From: Lachnospiraceae bacterium
GTDB lineage: Bacteria > Bacillota > Clostridia > Lachnospirales > Lachnospiraceae
Reading direction: 5' to 3'
Assembly (NCBI GenBank): GCA_963594555.1
Contig: CAVBEI010000001.1
Span: 68,034-132,033, forward strand
DNA length: 64,000 nucleotides
In this document: piece after piece, positions 34,376-44,007 of the stretch
Layout: each line of letters begins with the position of its first letter
How positions within the stretch are numbered: position 1 is the first letter of the stretch
Made by a program: the position numbers and the translations under genes
The notes under the pieces: model-generated
Seen by the model: only the letters and a program-made list of their open reading frames with translations
What the model was told of the DNA's origin: nothing
The model's database searches: none

Positions 34376-35119
34376 CTAGATACCTGTATCCCTTTTTCGA
34401 CTCTTTCTGTCTTCATCAAAGATATATTTGATCATTTGTTCGCGCAGCTTACTGCCTAAATGCATATATTCTGCTCTAAGCTCGTAGCGTTCCACATTCG
34501 GAGTCGCCTTTCTACAGGCGATAACACATACAACTGCCCAGACATCAAGTGTCATTTTCTCATTTGACAGCGTCATATGAATACCCAAATAGCTTTCCGG
34601 CTCATGACTTTTCTCCGCAATGAAACGGATACCGCCTCCGCTGATATCTACAATCACTGCATGGCTTATAGTCTGTGCAATCTCAGGCTTAGACGCATAC
34701 AGCATCAGCTGTTCACCGGTCAGCTTCATGGCTGTTTCTTTGTCTAGCTCAACAGCATCCATGCCGATGATACATTCCAGGCGAAAATATTCTCTGCGCT
34801 GAAACTTGGTCAGATTGGATTTGAGCATGACCTTTACCATAAACAGATTAGATTCCTTATAGCGGTCTGTCACCTGTGCTGTGGTACGGTAAAGTCCCTT
34901 TTTTGTATAAAATATCAGCTCGTAGCGTGAGCCGAGGGAAAGCAAAATAATCTTTCCCTGATAGGTCGGCATCTGAATGATCAGCTCTCCATCCTCATCT
35001 ATATCCTCGAGCTGGCTGACTAAAACAGGCAGCTTCTTTCCGTCCGGCAGCTTCTGATCCCGCTTTTCTAAGGAGCAGATATCGATTTTATTTCCTATTT
35101 GTAATACATTTTGTAGCAT
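34376..35119 (-). CDS. PilZ-domain c-di-GMP receptor (YcgR/flagellar-brake-like)
   Basis: 247 aa. The N-terminus is a YcgR-like beta domain. The C-terminal PilZ domain has an intact RxxxR (QRREYFRLE) and D/NxSxxG (VDISGGGIRF). Confidence 0.85.
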   Translation of the reverse strand: MLQNVLQIGNKIDICSLEKRDQKLPDGKKLPVLVSQLEDIDEDGELIIQMPTYQGKIILLSLGSRYELIFYTKKGLYRTTAQVTDRYKESNLFMVKVMLKSNLTKFQRREYFRLECIIGMDAVELDKETAMKLTGEQLMLYASKPEIAQTISHAVIVDISGGGIRFIAEKSHEPESYLGIHMTLSNEKMTLDVWAVVCVIACRKATPNVERYELRAEYMHLGSKLREQMIKYIFDEDRKSRKRDTGI

Positions 35120-35135
35120 TTGTTTTCTCCAGCAA

Positions 35136-36011
35136 TCATTTTCGATTTAAAAAGCTGTAAAGGAAGCGGGAAAATCCGCCCTTCATCTCATAGTAGTGAT
35201 TCTCACCGCACAAAAGACTCTCAGCAATTTTTTCAAAGGCCTGCGAGGAAACAGCCTGCGGATCATAAATCGATACCACCTGCTGCTGTCGTACAGCCTT
35301 TTCAATCACCGGATCAGTCGGTACAAGTCCCAGATAATTAACATTCCAATTTAAAAATTGCGATACGACCGAATTCAACTTCTCATAAACTGCCTGCCCA
35401 TCTGCTTCTGATGTCACTTTGTTTGCAATAACATTGATCACGGTATCCGTAGAATGAAATCTGCGGCTTCGATCAAGCATTTTGATGAGTGAATAGGCAT
35501 CCGTAAGAGAGCTTGGATCCGGAGTCGTGACAAGTAATATTTCAGGACTTGCAATGACAAATTCCATCACGCTGTCCGAGATACCGGCTCCTGTATCGAT
35601 GATGATAATATCTGCTAAGGAGTCGAGCTCTGAGAGCTTGCCTACGATACTGATTATCTGCTCACGAGTCAGATTACTCAAGCCTACCACGCCGGAACCA
35701 CCGGATACAAAGCCGATATTCATCGGTCCTGTCGTGATCACGTCGCGCATCGACATGCCCTTGTATAATACATCGCTTAAATTGTATTTTGGAATGGCTC
35801 CAAACATCACTTCCACATTTGCAAGTCCGATATCAGCATCAAAGATGATCACCCGTTTGCCTAGTCGGCTCAGCTGCACCGCAAGATTGACTGCCGTATT
35901 CGATTTTCCGACACCGCCCTTACCACTGGTGATCGTAAGCACTCTCGCCTGCGAAGTCGGTAAATAATGCTGCATCTTCACTACATTTCGCAGCTTGCTG
36001 GCCTGATCCAT
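35136..36011 (-). CDS. flhG: Flagellar number regulator FlhG/YlxH (MinD/ParA-type ATPase)
   Basis: 291 aa. It has a deviant Walker A (SGKGGVGKSNTAVNLA) and follows flhF. Confidence 0.9.
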   Translation of the reverse strand: MDQASKLRNVVKMQHYLPTSQARVLTITSGKGGVGKSNTAVNLAVQLSRLGKRVIIFDADIGLANVEVMFGAIPKYNLSDVLYKGMSMRDVITTGPMNIGFVSGGSGVVGLSNLTREQIISIVGKLSELDSLADIIIIDTGAGISDSVMEFVIASPEILLVTTPDPSSLTDAYSLIKMLDRSRRFHSTDTVINVIANKVTSEADGQAVYEKLNSVVSQFLNWNVNYLGLVPTDPVIEKAVRQQQVVSIYDPQAVSSQAFEKIAESLLCGENHYYEMKGGFSRFLYSFLNRK

Positions 36012-36012
36012 A

Positions 36013-37332
36013 TCAATCTCCTCCTAACAGCTTCTTTACGAGCTCCTGCGGCTGGAATGCCATGATATCATCCGGCACATTCTGTCCGTTTGTCGTATAA
36101 GAAATGTCTGCATCCGCATATAACTTTATGTTTAACAGATTGCCGTAAGCACCGGTTTCATCGAGCTTTGTAAAAATCATTGAAAAATCAGCAATTCCAC
36201 GATAAATATCACAGATATCCTTTAAATCCCGGTATTTTGTCGTCGCTGAAAGCACGAGATAAACTGACTGCGGGATAGAAGAATCTAACATGCCCAGCAG
36301 CTTTTTTGTATCCTCCCGCTGTGCCTGGTTTTTATGAGAAAAACCTGCTGTATCGACAAACAGCATCTCATAATCCGATAGCTTTTCTATGGCGGAAGGA
36401 AGCTCTCCCGGTGCATAAACCACAGTAAGAGGTGCTTCCAGTATATTTGCATAGGTGCGAAGCTGCTCTGTCGCAGAGATACGGTAGGTATCTGCAGTCA
36501 AAAAAGCAACACGTCTGCCCTGCTCCACCTTAAACTTTGATGCAATCTTTGCGATCGTAGTCGTCTTTCCTACTCCGGTCGGTCCGATGAAAAAGATGAC
36601 CTGCGGCCCTTTTTGGGTAGGCATGATCAAATGCGGATTGCCGAATTTTAGGATCATCTTCTGGTAAACATTTGTCAATATATAATCCATGCTTGAGCCG
36701 CGTCGCACGGACTTCATGACATCATCTAAAATCTGGTTAATGTAGATTTCATCCACTTCATTGTCCAAAAGTGTCCTATAAAGCATACGAAAAATCTGCA
36801 TCAGCTGTGCATCGTCGGTGCCCTCCTGCGAAGGAACTCTTTTTTGAGGCTTTTTTTCATCATCCGTCAGCTTCTTTTCGAGCAGCTGCTGTAAATTTTC
36901 TAATCGCTCTTCGATCAATTCCGTATCGCTCTCTGCAGATCTTGTCTCTTTTGCCTTTGGCGAGAGCAAGGTATCGTTTTTTTGCAGGGCATGTGCATTT
37001 AAGATATCTCCCACTGCACGTGCTGCTTCTGAAATCGGTTCTGCAAGCTCACGGCTTACATCAAGGCTCTGTTCACTGCCCGGCTTTGGCAGCTCGATCG
37101 CTTCATCAGCAGCTAAATCGATACGATTACGTTCACTTTTTTGCGGTGCTAAGGCTGAATTTGTATCTTCTATTGCAGCGGTCACTTCGTAATAAGGTGT
37201 TTTTAAGAAACCAAAAATTCCGGTCGGCTTCACCACGCGCACATTCATGATGACAAGCTGCTGACCCATCTTTGCCTTTGCCTTTTCAAGCGCCTCTTCT
37301 TCTGTTTTGCCCTGAAATTTGTTTATAGTCAT
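36013..37332 (-). CDS. flhF: Flagellar biosynthesis SRP-type GTPase FlhF
   Basis: 439 aa. The C-terminal NG domain carries GPTGVGKTTTIAKIA, DTAG and TKLDET motifs. Confidence 0.92.
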   Translation of the reverse strand: MTINKFQGKTEEEALEKAKAKMGQQLVIMNVRVVKPTGIFGFLKTPYYEVTAAIEDTNSALAPQKSERNRIDLAADEAIELPKPGSEQSLDVSRELAEPISEAARAVGDILNAHALQKNDTLLSPKAKETRSAESDTELIEERLENLQQLLEKKLTDDEKKPQKRVPSQEGTDDAQLMQIFRMLYRTLLDNEVDEIYINQILDDVMKSVRRGSSMDYILTNVYQKMILKFGNPHLIMPTQKGPQVIFFIGPTGVGKTTTIAKIASKFKVEQGRRVAFLTADTYRISATEQLRTYANILEAPLTVVYAPGELPSAIEKLSDYEMLFVDTAGFSHKNQAQREDTKKLLGMLDSSIPQSVYLVLSATTKYRDLKDICDIYRGIADFSMIFTKLDETGAYGNLLNIKLYADADISYTTNGQNVPDDIMAFQPQELVKKLLGGD

Positions 37333-39371
37333 TATGCGCTCACCATCCCAACAGATTCTAATTCAACATTTGATTCAATCTCATTATATGATACAACAAT
37401 TAAGTCCTTCAAGTATTCCTCTGTTAATTTTTTATAGTACATACGAACGATCGGCGAGGTTACGACGATAGCATTTCTTCCGAGATTTTCAAGCTTTGTC
37501 ACCTCTGCCTCTGTAGCATCTATGATGGCTCTGGTACGTGCCGGATCCAGTGTCAGGTATGCGCCCTGCTCAGTCTGCTTTACAGCACCCATAATCTCCT
37601 GTTCGATCTTTGGATCAAGTGTCACTACGCTGGTCTTTTCATTCGCCGGGAAGTATTTATTTGAGATCGCACGCTTCAGACTCTGACGCACATATTCGGT
37701 CAGCACGTCCGTATCCCTCGTCGTTGTCGCATGATCCGCCAGCGTCTCAAAGATGGAGAGCAGATCGCGAATAGAAATACCCTCTGCGAGCAGATTTTGC
37801 AGTACCTTTTGAATCTCGCCTGTACCAAGGAGCTTGGGCACGAGCTCGTCGACAAGCACGGGATTGGATTCCTTGACATTGTCGATAAGATTTTGCACAT
37901 CCTGTCTCGTTAAAAGCTCTGCGATGTGTGTACGGATCACCTCTGTCAAATGAGTAGCGATGATAGACGGCGGATCCACCACCGTATAGCCAAGGCTCTC
38001 TGCCCGTTCTCTCTGGCTCTCCGTGATCCAGATCGCCGGCAGATGAAACGAAGGCTCAAAGGTAGGGATACCGGTGATCTCTTCCTCTACATAGCCCGGA
38101 TTCATCGCCATATAATGATCGAATAAAATCTCTCCTTCTGTCACCTGAATGCCCTTGATCTTAATAATATACTGATTTGGATTTAGCTGGATATTATCAC
38201 GCAAGCGTATGATCGGCACAACTGTACCCAGCTCCAGTGCGATCTGTCGTCGGATCATAACCACACGATCTAACAGATCTCCGCCCTGATTGACATCTGC
38301 AAGCGGTATGATTCCATAACCAAACTCCAGCTCGATCGGATCTACTGACAGAAGCGATACGACATTTTCCGGCTTACGAATCTCCTCGGCCTCTGATTCT
38401 GCCGCACCTGTCTCCTCCTCGATACGCTCCACATTCATCGTTTTATTCATGTTAATTCCGGCTGCGATAAACAAGCCACCCATTCCGACACACAATATTA
38501 TATTCAACGGTGTAAATATACCAAGAAAGCATACGACAGAGCCTACCATGATAAGCACCTTCGGAATACCAAAGAGCTGGCTGATGAGCACCTGCCCAAA
38601 ATCCGCCTCCTTTGATGCCTTTGTGACCAGAATACCGGTCGCCATCGATATCGCAAGTGATGGTATCTGCGAGCTAAGTCCATCTCCTATCGTAAGCACG
38701 CCATATTCTGAGATAGCCTCCTGAAAGCCAAGGCCGCTTCGCGTCATACCAAGTACGGTGCCACCGATCAGATTGACAAAGGTGATGATAAGTCCTGCTA
38801 CAGCATCTCCCTTTACATACTTTGTAGCACCATCCATAGCTCCAAAAAAGCTGCTCTCCATCTGTATCTTTTCACGTCTTTTTTTTGCTTCCTCATCCGT
38901 GATCGCGCCTGTATTTAAATCTGCATCGATCGCCATCTGCTTACCGGGCATCGCATCCAGTGTAAAACGTGCTGTTACCTCGGATACACGCTCTGAACCT
39001 TTGTTGATAACGACAAACTGCACGATAAGTAAAATGATGAAAATGATCGCTCCAATGACCAGATCATTTCCGCCGACGAAGCTGCCGAACGTACGGACTA
39101 CGTTACCGGGATCGCCGGAATTTAAAATCAATCGAGTGGAGGATACGTTTAGGGATATACGAAAAATCGTCGTAAACAAAAGCAGCGTCGGGAAAAATGA
39201 CATATCCAGCACTTCCTGTACAAACAGACAGTTAAAGAGGATAACCAGCGCTACCGAAATATTAAAAATAAGTAAAACATCAAGCAGTGCAGAAGGGATC
39301 GGCACAATAAAAAACACGATGGCTGCCATCAGATACAATGCTACACCGATATCTGCACCACGCTTTATCAT
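37332..39371 (-). CDS. flhA: Flagellar type III export apparatus protein FlhA
   Basis: 679 aa with an N-terminal polytopic domain and a C-terminal cytoplasmic domain. It shows the conserved FlhA pattern (FPTLLLFTTIFRISLNVSSTRLIL). Confidence 0.96.
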   Translation of the reverse strand: MIKRGADIGVALYLMAAIVFFIVPIPSALLDVLLIFNISVALVILFNCLFVQEVLDMSFFPTLLLFTTIFRISLNVSSTRLILNSGDPGNVVRTFGSFVGGNDLVIGAIIFIILLIVQFVVINKGSERVSEVTARFTLDAMPGKQMAIDADLNTGAITDEEAKKRREKIQMESSFFGAMDGATKYVKGDAVAGLIITFVNLIGGTVLGMTRSGLGFQEAISEYGVLTIGDGLSSQIPSLAISMATGILVTKASKEADFGQVLISQLFGIPKVLIMVGSVVCFLGIFTPLNIILCVGMGGLFIAAGINMNKTMNVERIEEETGAAESEAEEIRKPENVVSLLSVDPIELEFGYGIIPLADVNQGGDLLDRVVMIRRQIALELGTVVPIIRLRDNIQLNPNQYIIKIKGIQVTEGEILFDHYMAMNPGYVEEEITGIPTFEPSFHLPAIWITESQRERAESLGYTVVDPPSIIATHLTEVIRTHIAELLTRQDVQNLIDNVKESNPVLVDELVPKLLGTGEIQKVLQNLLAEGISIRDLLSIFETLADHATTTRDTDVLTEYVRQSLKRAISNKYFPANEKTSVVTLDPKIEQEIMGAVKQTEQGAYLTLDPARTRAIIDATEAEVTKLENLGRNAIVVTSPIVRMYYKKLTEEYLKDLIVVSYNEIESNVELESVGMVSA

Positions 39372-39409
39372 GCGTTTTTCCTCCCTTCCTTTGTTTTTGT
39401 CAAATGATT

Positions 39410-40537
39410 TTAAATCTTGTTCTTAGCGCGATAAACAGCCGCTAAAATCTCCGCCACAGCCTGATATAGCTCCGGCGGTATCTCTCGTCCGATCTCAACA
39501 GTTGCATAGATCATACGGGCAAGCGGCTTATTCTCTACGATCTCGATATCGTTTTCACGCGCTACTTCCTTTATCTTTTGCGCGAGAAGATCTGCACCCT
39601 TTGCAAGTAAAACCGGAGCTGTTTTTGTTCCTGCTTCATATTTTAGTGCGACAGCATAATGCGTCGGGTTTGTGATGACGACATCGGCCTTTGGTACATC
39701 CTGCATCATACGGCGCCTGGAGGCCTCCTGCATCCTCTGACGCTGCTTACCCTTTATCTGAGGATCTCCTTCGGTATTTTTCATCTCATCCTTGACTTCC
39801 TGCTTCGTCATCTTCATATCTTCGTTAAATTTATATCGCTGATACAGATAGTCCGCAGCACCGATCACTATATAGATATAAGAGATTTTCAGTCCAACAT
39901 CGATCACGATCGTACCAATTTCTGCAATTGCCTGGTTTAATGTGATGGAATAGAGTAAAAACAGCTCATCCATATGTGATTTCATCGCATTATAAGCAAT
40001 GATGGAGATCATCACGATCTTAATGATGGATTTTAGCAGCTCAAAAAGTGAGTCCTTTGAAAACATGCGCTTAAAGCCGTTTATCGGATTGAACTTATCT
40101 AAGCGCGGCATCAAGGGCTTCGTGCTGACCTGCCAGCGAACCTGCACCAGATTCGATAAAAAAGCTATCATAAAGCCTACCGCAAAAAATGGTCCGGCTA
40201 ATTTTAAGGATATTAAGGATGCATGCTGAAAATAGCTCATCACTGCCGTAGTAGTCAGCTGTGTCGTAGCTACTGTATCCGGAATCTTATTGTATATATT
40301 GGAAAAAAGCTCTTCAAAGCCATTTCCCATCGAAGCAGAGGTGACCTTTAACGTCAGAAAAAGTCCGACCAGACTGACTGCCTGATCCAACTCCCTGCTT
40401 TTGCACACCTGCCCTTCTTTTCTCGCATCCTGTAATTTTTTTGAGGTCGCAGGCTCGGTTTTTTCTCCGCCCGGTCCTTCCTTTGCAAAAAATTGCAGGT
40501 CATATTCCAAAAAATACGTTCGCTCAGCTACTGCCAT
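39410..40537 (-). CDS. flhB: Flagellar type III export switch protein FlhB
   Basis: 375 aa. Contains EKTEPATSKKLQDARKEGQV at the N-terminus and the NPTH autocleavage site (VVITNPTHYAVAL). Confidence 0.95.
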   Translation of the reverse strand: MAVAERTYFLEYDLQFFAKEGPGGEKTEPATSKKLQDARKEGQVCKSRELDQAVSLVGLFLTLKVTSASMGNGFEELFSNIYNKIPDTVATTQLTTTAVMSYFQHASLISLKLAGPFFAVGFMIAFLSNLVQVRWQVSTKPLMPRLDKFNPINGFKRMFSKDSLFELLKSIIKIVMISIIAYNAMKSHMDELFLLYSITLNQAIAEIGTIVIDVGLKISYIYIVIGAADYLYQRYKFNEDMKMTKQEVKDEMKNTEGDPQIKGKQRQRMQEASRRRMMQDVPKADVVITNPTHYAVALKYEAGTKTAPVLLAKGADLLAQKIKEVARENDIEIVENKPLARMIYATVEIGREIPPELYQAVAEILAAVYRAKNKI

Positions 40538-41309
40538 ACATCCCCTTCACCATCATACGAAGCATGATTTTTATCTCATCACTGATCAGGCTTGCCGCAC
40601 GCGGCAGCATAAATACCGACAAAAGCAGTATCCCATATCCGGCCAATATCTTAATCTGAATACCGACTGAAAACATATTCATCTGCGGTGCAACCTTTGC
40701 CATAACCCCCAAAACGCAATCCATGATCATACAACAGGCAAAAATAGGAAGCATGATACGAAAGCCAATTATGAGCATATCCGTCACCAGCGTCACAAAG
40801 CTATTCATAAGATATTCCCATTGGAAAATCTGTGTATTTACCGGAATCAGCGTAAAAGTATCCGTAATGGCGCGAATCAGATAATGATACAGATCTGTCA
40901 CCAGCAAAAGCAGCAGAATAAAATAATAGTACATATTGCCGGTGACGCTCTCCTGCGTGCCGGTAAGGACATTGTATTCCTGTGCCATGGACAAACCGAT
41001 CTGCATGTCCATAAGCTGTCCGGCAAAGCCTATAATATAGGTACAGCAATTTGTAGACAAACCAAGCAATAGTCCGGTTATAGCTTCCCTTGCGGCGATT
41101 ATCCCATATTCGAGCATACCGCTATAGGTGATCGTATCCGGCATGGCCTGTGATACAAGCAGTGCTACGACCGCAGAAAATCCAACCTTCACGCGAGTCG
41201 GCACGCTATTTAATCCAAAAAAGGGTGCCACCGCGACAAAGCTGGCGATGCGCACCAGTACCAACAGATAATATTCAACTGACAATAAAGAAAAGGTATA
41301 ATTGATCAT
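40524..41309 (-). CDS. fliR: Flagellar export apparatus protein FliR
   Basis: 261 aa polytopic membrane protein. It lies between fliQ and flhB and overlaps both neighbours. Confidence 0.9.
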   Translation of the reverse strand: MINYTFSLLSVEYYLLVLVRIASFVAVAPFFGLNSVPTRVKVGFSAVVALLVSQAMPDTITYSGMLEYGIIAAREAITGLLLGLSTNCCTYIIGFAGQLMDMQIGLSMAQEYNVLTGTQESVTGNMYYYFILLLLLVTDLYHYLIRAITDTFTLIPVNTQIFQWEYLMNSFVTLVTDMLIIGFRIMLPIFACCMIMDCVLGVMAKVAPQMNMFSVGIQIKILAGYGILLLSVFMLPRAASLISDEIKIMLRMMVKGMYGSS

Positions 41310-41578
41310 CCGATATACAAGCTAAAATTGTTCCACAATTGTATCATCAACTCTGTAGTCTTCTCTAACATCCAACCACCGGTCAGCATCAGCGTCACAA
41401 AAACTGCTAATATCTTCGGCACAAAGGTCAGTGTCTGCTCCTGAATCGACGTCACAGTCTGAAAAATACTAATGATCAGTCCGACAACCAGCGATACTAA
41501 AAGTCCAGGCGCCGAAACAATAATAATCGTCATGTAGGTCTGTCTTGCCACATCTAAAATTACGCCCTCTGAAAGCAT
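41306..41578 (-). CDS. fliQ: Flagellar export apparatus protein FliQ
   Basis: 90 aa 2-TM protein (…IISIFQTVTSIQEQTLTFVPKI…), the canonical FliQ motif. Confidence 0.93.
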   Translation of the reverse strand: MLSEGVILDVARQTYMTIIIVSAPGLLVSLVVGLIISIFQTVTSIQEQTLTFVPKILAVFVTLMLTGGWMLEKTTELMIQLWNNFSLYIG

Positions 41579-41597
41579 CCGATCTCACTCCCTTCCG

Positions 41598-42446
41598 TCA
41601 ATAAAACGTCTTGACAAGATTTCCGATCACCAGATCCCAACCGTCAGCTAAAATAAACAGCAAAATCTTAAATGGCATGGAAATCGTCGTCGGAGGCAGC
41701 ATCATCATACCCATCGACATTAAAATCGAGGATACGACCATATCAATCACAATAAACGGTATATAAATGAAAAAGCCTATGATAAACGCGCTGCGCAGCT
41801 CACTGACGATAAAGCTCGGAATAAGCACGGTAGTCGGAATATCATCGTTCGTTTCATAGGTTGCACCTGCGATATCACAAAAAAGGTCGACATCCTTTCG
41901 CTCGGTATGCTGATACATAAACTCCCGAAGTGGATCTAACGCCTCCTCGAAGGCCTCCTCCTGTGTGATCGTTCCCTCATCTAACGGCTGTATCGCATTT
42001 TCATTGATCTGCGTAAACACCGGAGACATGATCATAAACGTCAAAAACAGCGCAAGACCGATCAACACCTGATTTGGCGGTGTTGTCTGTGTACCAAGTG
42101 CGCTGCGTAAAAAATGCAGAACAACGATGATCCTCGTAAAGGAGGTCATCATAATCAAAATAGACGGTGCCAGCGAGAGAATCGTAAGTAACAAAACAAT
42201 CCGTACGGTCGCAGACATCGTGCCGTTTTCGTTATTGTAGATGACGGAAAGCCCATTTACATCATCGTCTAAAATATCTGTCATCTCCTGGTCCTGCTCA
42301 GAGGATAGAGCTCCGGCATTATTTTCAAGCTCTGTTGCAGATGCATATGCCGTCTCCTTCGATGAAAGAAAAAATACCGATGCAAATACCAGGACTGCAA
42401 CTAAAAATGAAACAAAACAATAGATCTTTTTTGCTTTACTTTTCAT
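41598..42446 (-). CDS. fliP: Flagellar export apparatus protein FliP
   Basis: 282 aa. It has a signal/TM N-terminus with an extra acidic segment. The conserved core contains [24 protein letters not shown] and [24 protein letters not shown]. Confidence 0.95.
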   Translation of the reverse strand: MKSKAKKIYCFVSFLVAVLVFASVFFLSSKETAYASATELENNAGALSSEQDQEMTDILDDDVNGLSVIYNNENGTMSATVRIVLLLTILSLAPSILIMMTSFTRIIVVLHFLRSALGTQTTPPNQVLIGLALFLTFMIMSPVFTQINENAIQPLDEGTITQEEAFEEALDPLREFMYQHTERKDVDLFCDIAGATYETNDDIPTTVLIPSFIVSELRSAFIIGFFIYIPFIVIDMVVSSILMSMGMMMLPPTTISMPFKILLFILADGWDLVIGNLVKTFY

Positions 42447-42816
42447 GCTTATCTTTCAATCCCTCCAGTATTTGCGAAAAGCTCTTGCCAGGGGCTTTTA
42501 TTCCATTTATCTGCGTATCTGCGGGCAATTCCCGCAGCTGATCTTCACTGAGAGTGGTAAGAAGTGATATCTGATCCTTGCTCACGCCGATGACAAGATA
42601 TTGATCCTTGCCGGCACGCAAAAGCTGGATGTACTGGCTGTTTGATACACGGATCACTTCGATCACAGACAGATTCCCCTGCGCCGTCTTTGTCTTTTGA
42701 TAGCCTGCGATAAACCGTGTCACATAATATGTTAACGCAAGCACAAATACAAAAATGAGCAGAACTGTAATCAGCTCAACTATGCTGTTCATAAATCCGG
42801 TTGCGGTTAAAATCAT
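42436..42816 (-). CDS. fliO: Flagellar biosynthesis protein FliO/FliZ
   Basis: 126 aa single-TM protein. Its position immediately upstream of fliP and its size are typical of FliO. Confidence 0.8.
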   Translation of the reverse strand: MILTATGFMNSIVELITVLLIFVFVLALTYYVTRFIAGYQKTKTAQGNLSVIEVIRVSNSQYIQLLRAGKDQYLVIGVSKDQISLLTTLSEDQLRELPADTQINGIKAPGKSFSQILEGLKDKHEK

Positions 42817-44003
42817 TATTTTACGATCTCGGTGATACGTACACCGAAGCTCTCCTCTATGACTACTACTTCACCCTTTGCTACAAACTTACCGTTCACC
42901 AAAATATCAATCGGTTCACCGGCGATACGGTTTAACTCGATAATCGTACCGGGCGCAAAATCCAATATCTCAGAAATGGATTTTGATGTTCTGCCAAGCT
43001 CTACCGTCACCTCAAGCGGAACATCCATGATCAGGTCAATATTTTCCTTTGCAAACTGCGCTGCAAATTCTCCTGAAAACGGAGTAAACTGTGCCGGCTG
43101 TACATTCACCGGCTGCTGATACATCTGCGGATTCATCTGCATATTCATCATCTGCGGATTCATCATCTGAGGATTCATCTGCATGTTCATCATCTGCGGA
43201 TTCATCTGCATATTCATCATCTGCGGATTCGTCTGCATAGCAGGAGCTGCCTGTGCAGGTGCTGCTTGCGGAGTCGTCTGCACCGGCTCAGGCTGAGCAA
43301 GCCCGATTTGTGCTTCCTTTGCATCCATCTCCATATTTTTTGCAATGGATTTGCACATATCACGTGCAAAGCTAATCGGGTAAAGCTGCATGATCTCGCT
43401 GTCTACGAGATCACCGATCTCCATCTTAAAGGAAATCTTTACAAATTTACCCTCTAAGAATTGATCGATCTTGCCTTCATCTACACCCTCCTGCAGATCG
43501 ATCAGATCTGCCACCGGCGGTGAAATATCGATTGTCTTGCTGAGCATGGAAGAAAGAGAGGTCGCCGAGCTTCCCATCATCTGGTTCATCGCTTCACTGA
43601 TAGCACTTAAATGCAGTTCGCCTAGCTCTCCGGATGTATTGGTTCCATCCCCGCCCATCATCAGATCGGTGATGATCTTTACATCATTCTCTTTTAGCAC
43701 CAGAATATTGCTGCCGTCTAAGCCTACTGTATAGGCGATTCGGATAAATACACACGGCCGTTCATAATTGCGGACAATATCCTCCCATGCCGCCATGGAG
43801 ACGACCGGCGTAGAGATCTCTACCTTACGATTGACAAGAGAAAAAAGTGTCGTAGCAGCAGTTCCCATGCTGATATTTGCTACCTCACCAATCGCATCCT
43901 TTTCTTCATCACTTAGCGTCTCATCTGTACCGGTATCTGCCATGGCAGCGCCCGGGTTGTTCAGCAGCGCATTGATTTCTTCCTGTGATAATACTCCATC
44001 CAT
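42816..44003 (-). CDS. fliY: Flagellar C-ring protein FliY (CheC-like phosphatase domain + FliN domain)
   Basis: 395 aa. The N-terminal CheY-binding peptide is MDGVLSQEEINALLNN. CheC-type motifs are AIGEVANISMGTAATTL and AISEAMNQMMGSSATSL. A Q/M/N/P repeat linker precedes the C-terminal FliN/SpoA domain (LEVTVELGRT…PIDILVNGKFVAKGEVVVIEESFGVRITEI). Confidence 0.93.
   Translation of the reverse strand: MDGVLSQEEINALLNNPGAAMADTGTDETLSDEEKDAIGEVANISMGTAATTLFSLVNRKVEISTPVVSMAAWEDIVRNYERPCVFIRIAYTVGLDGSNILVLKENDVKIITDLMMGGDGTNTSGELGELHLSAISEAMNQMMGSSATSLSSMLSKTIDISPPVADLIDLQEGVDEGKIDQFLEGKFVKISFKMEIGDLVDSEIMQLYPISFARDMCKSIAKNMEMDAKEAQIGLAQPEPVQTTPQAAPAQAAPAMQTNPQMMNMQMNPQMMNMQMNPQMMNPQMMNMQMNPQMYQQPVNVQPAQFTPFSGEFAAQFAKENIDLIMDVPLEVTVELGRTSKSISEILDFAPGTIIELNRIAGEPIDILVNGKFVAKGEVVVIEESFGVRITEIVK
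43122..43238 (-). repeat. In-frame tandem repeat (12/15-nt subunits, ~27-nt unit) encoding the (M)NPQMMNMQM linker of FliY
   Basis: Repeated units of catctgcggattcat and ctgcatattcat encode NPQMMNMQMNPQMMNMQMNPQMMNPQMMNMQMNPQM. Confidence 0.85.
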
Positions 44004-44007
44004 CGGT

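Noticed and set aside
35527-39426. Long antisense ORFs inside flhG (146 aa), flhF (159 aa) and flhA (222 aa). Similar ones lie in motA (46642..47091), fliI/fliH (55087..55503) and ppx (10362..10775).
   Set aside because: None has an RBS or recognisable motifs. All lie opposite strongly supported, motif-bearing genes. Their length is explained by codon bias of the sense strand.
43122-43238. Short direct repeats that might be taken for a CRISPR-like or minisatellite array. The same applies to 23175..23355.
   Set aside because: The repeats are contiguous, in frame and inside coding sequences. There are no unique spacers, no leader and no cas genes, so they are coding tandem repeats.
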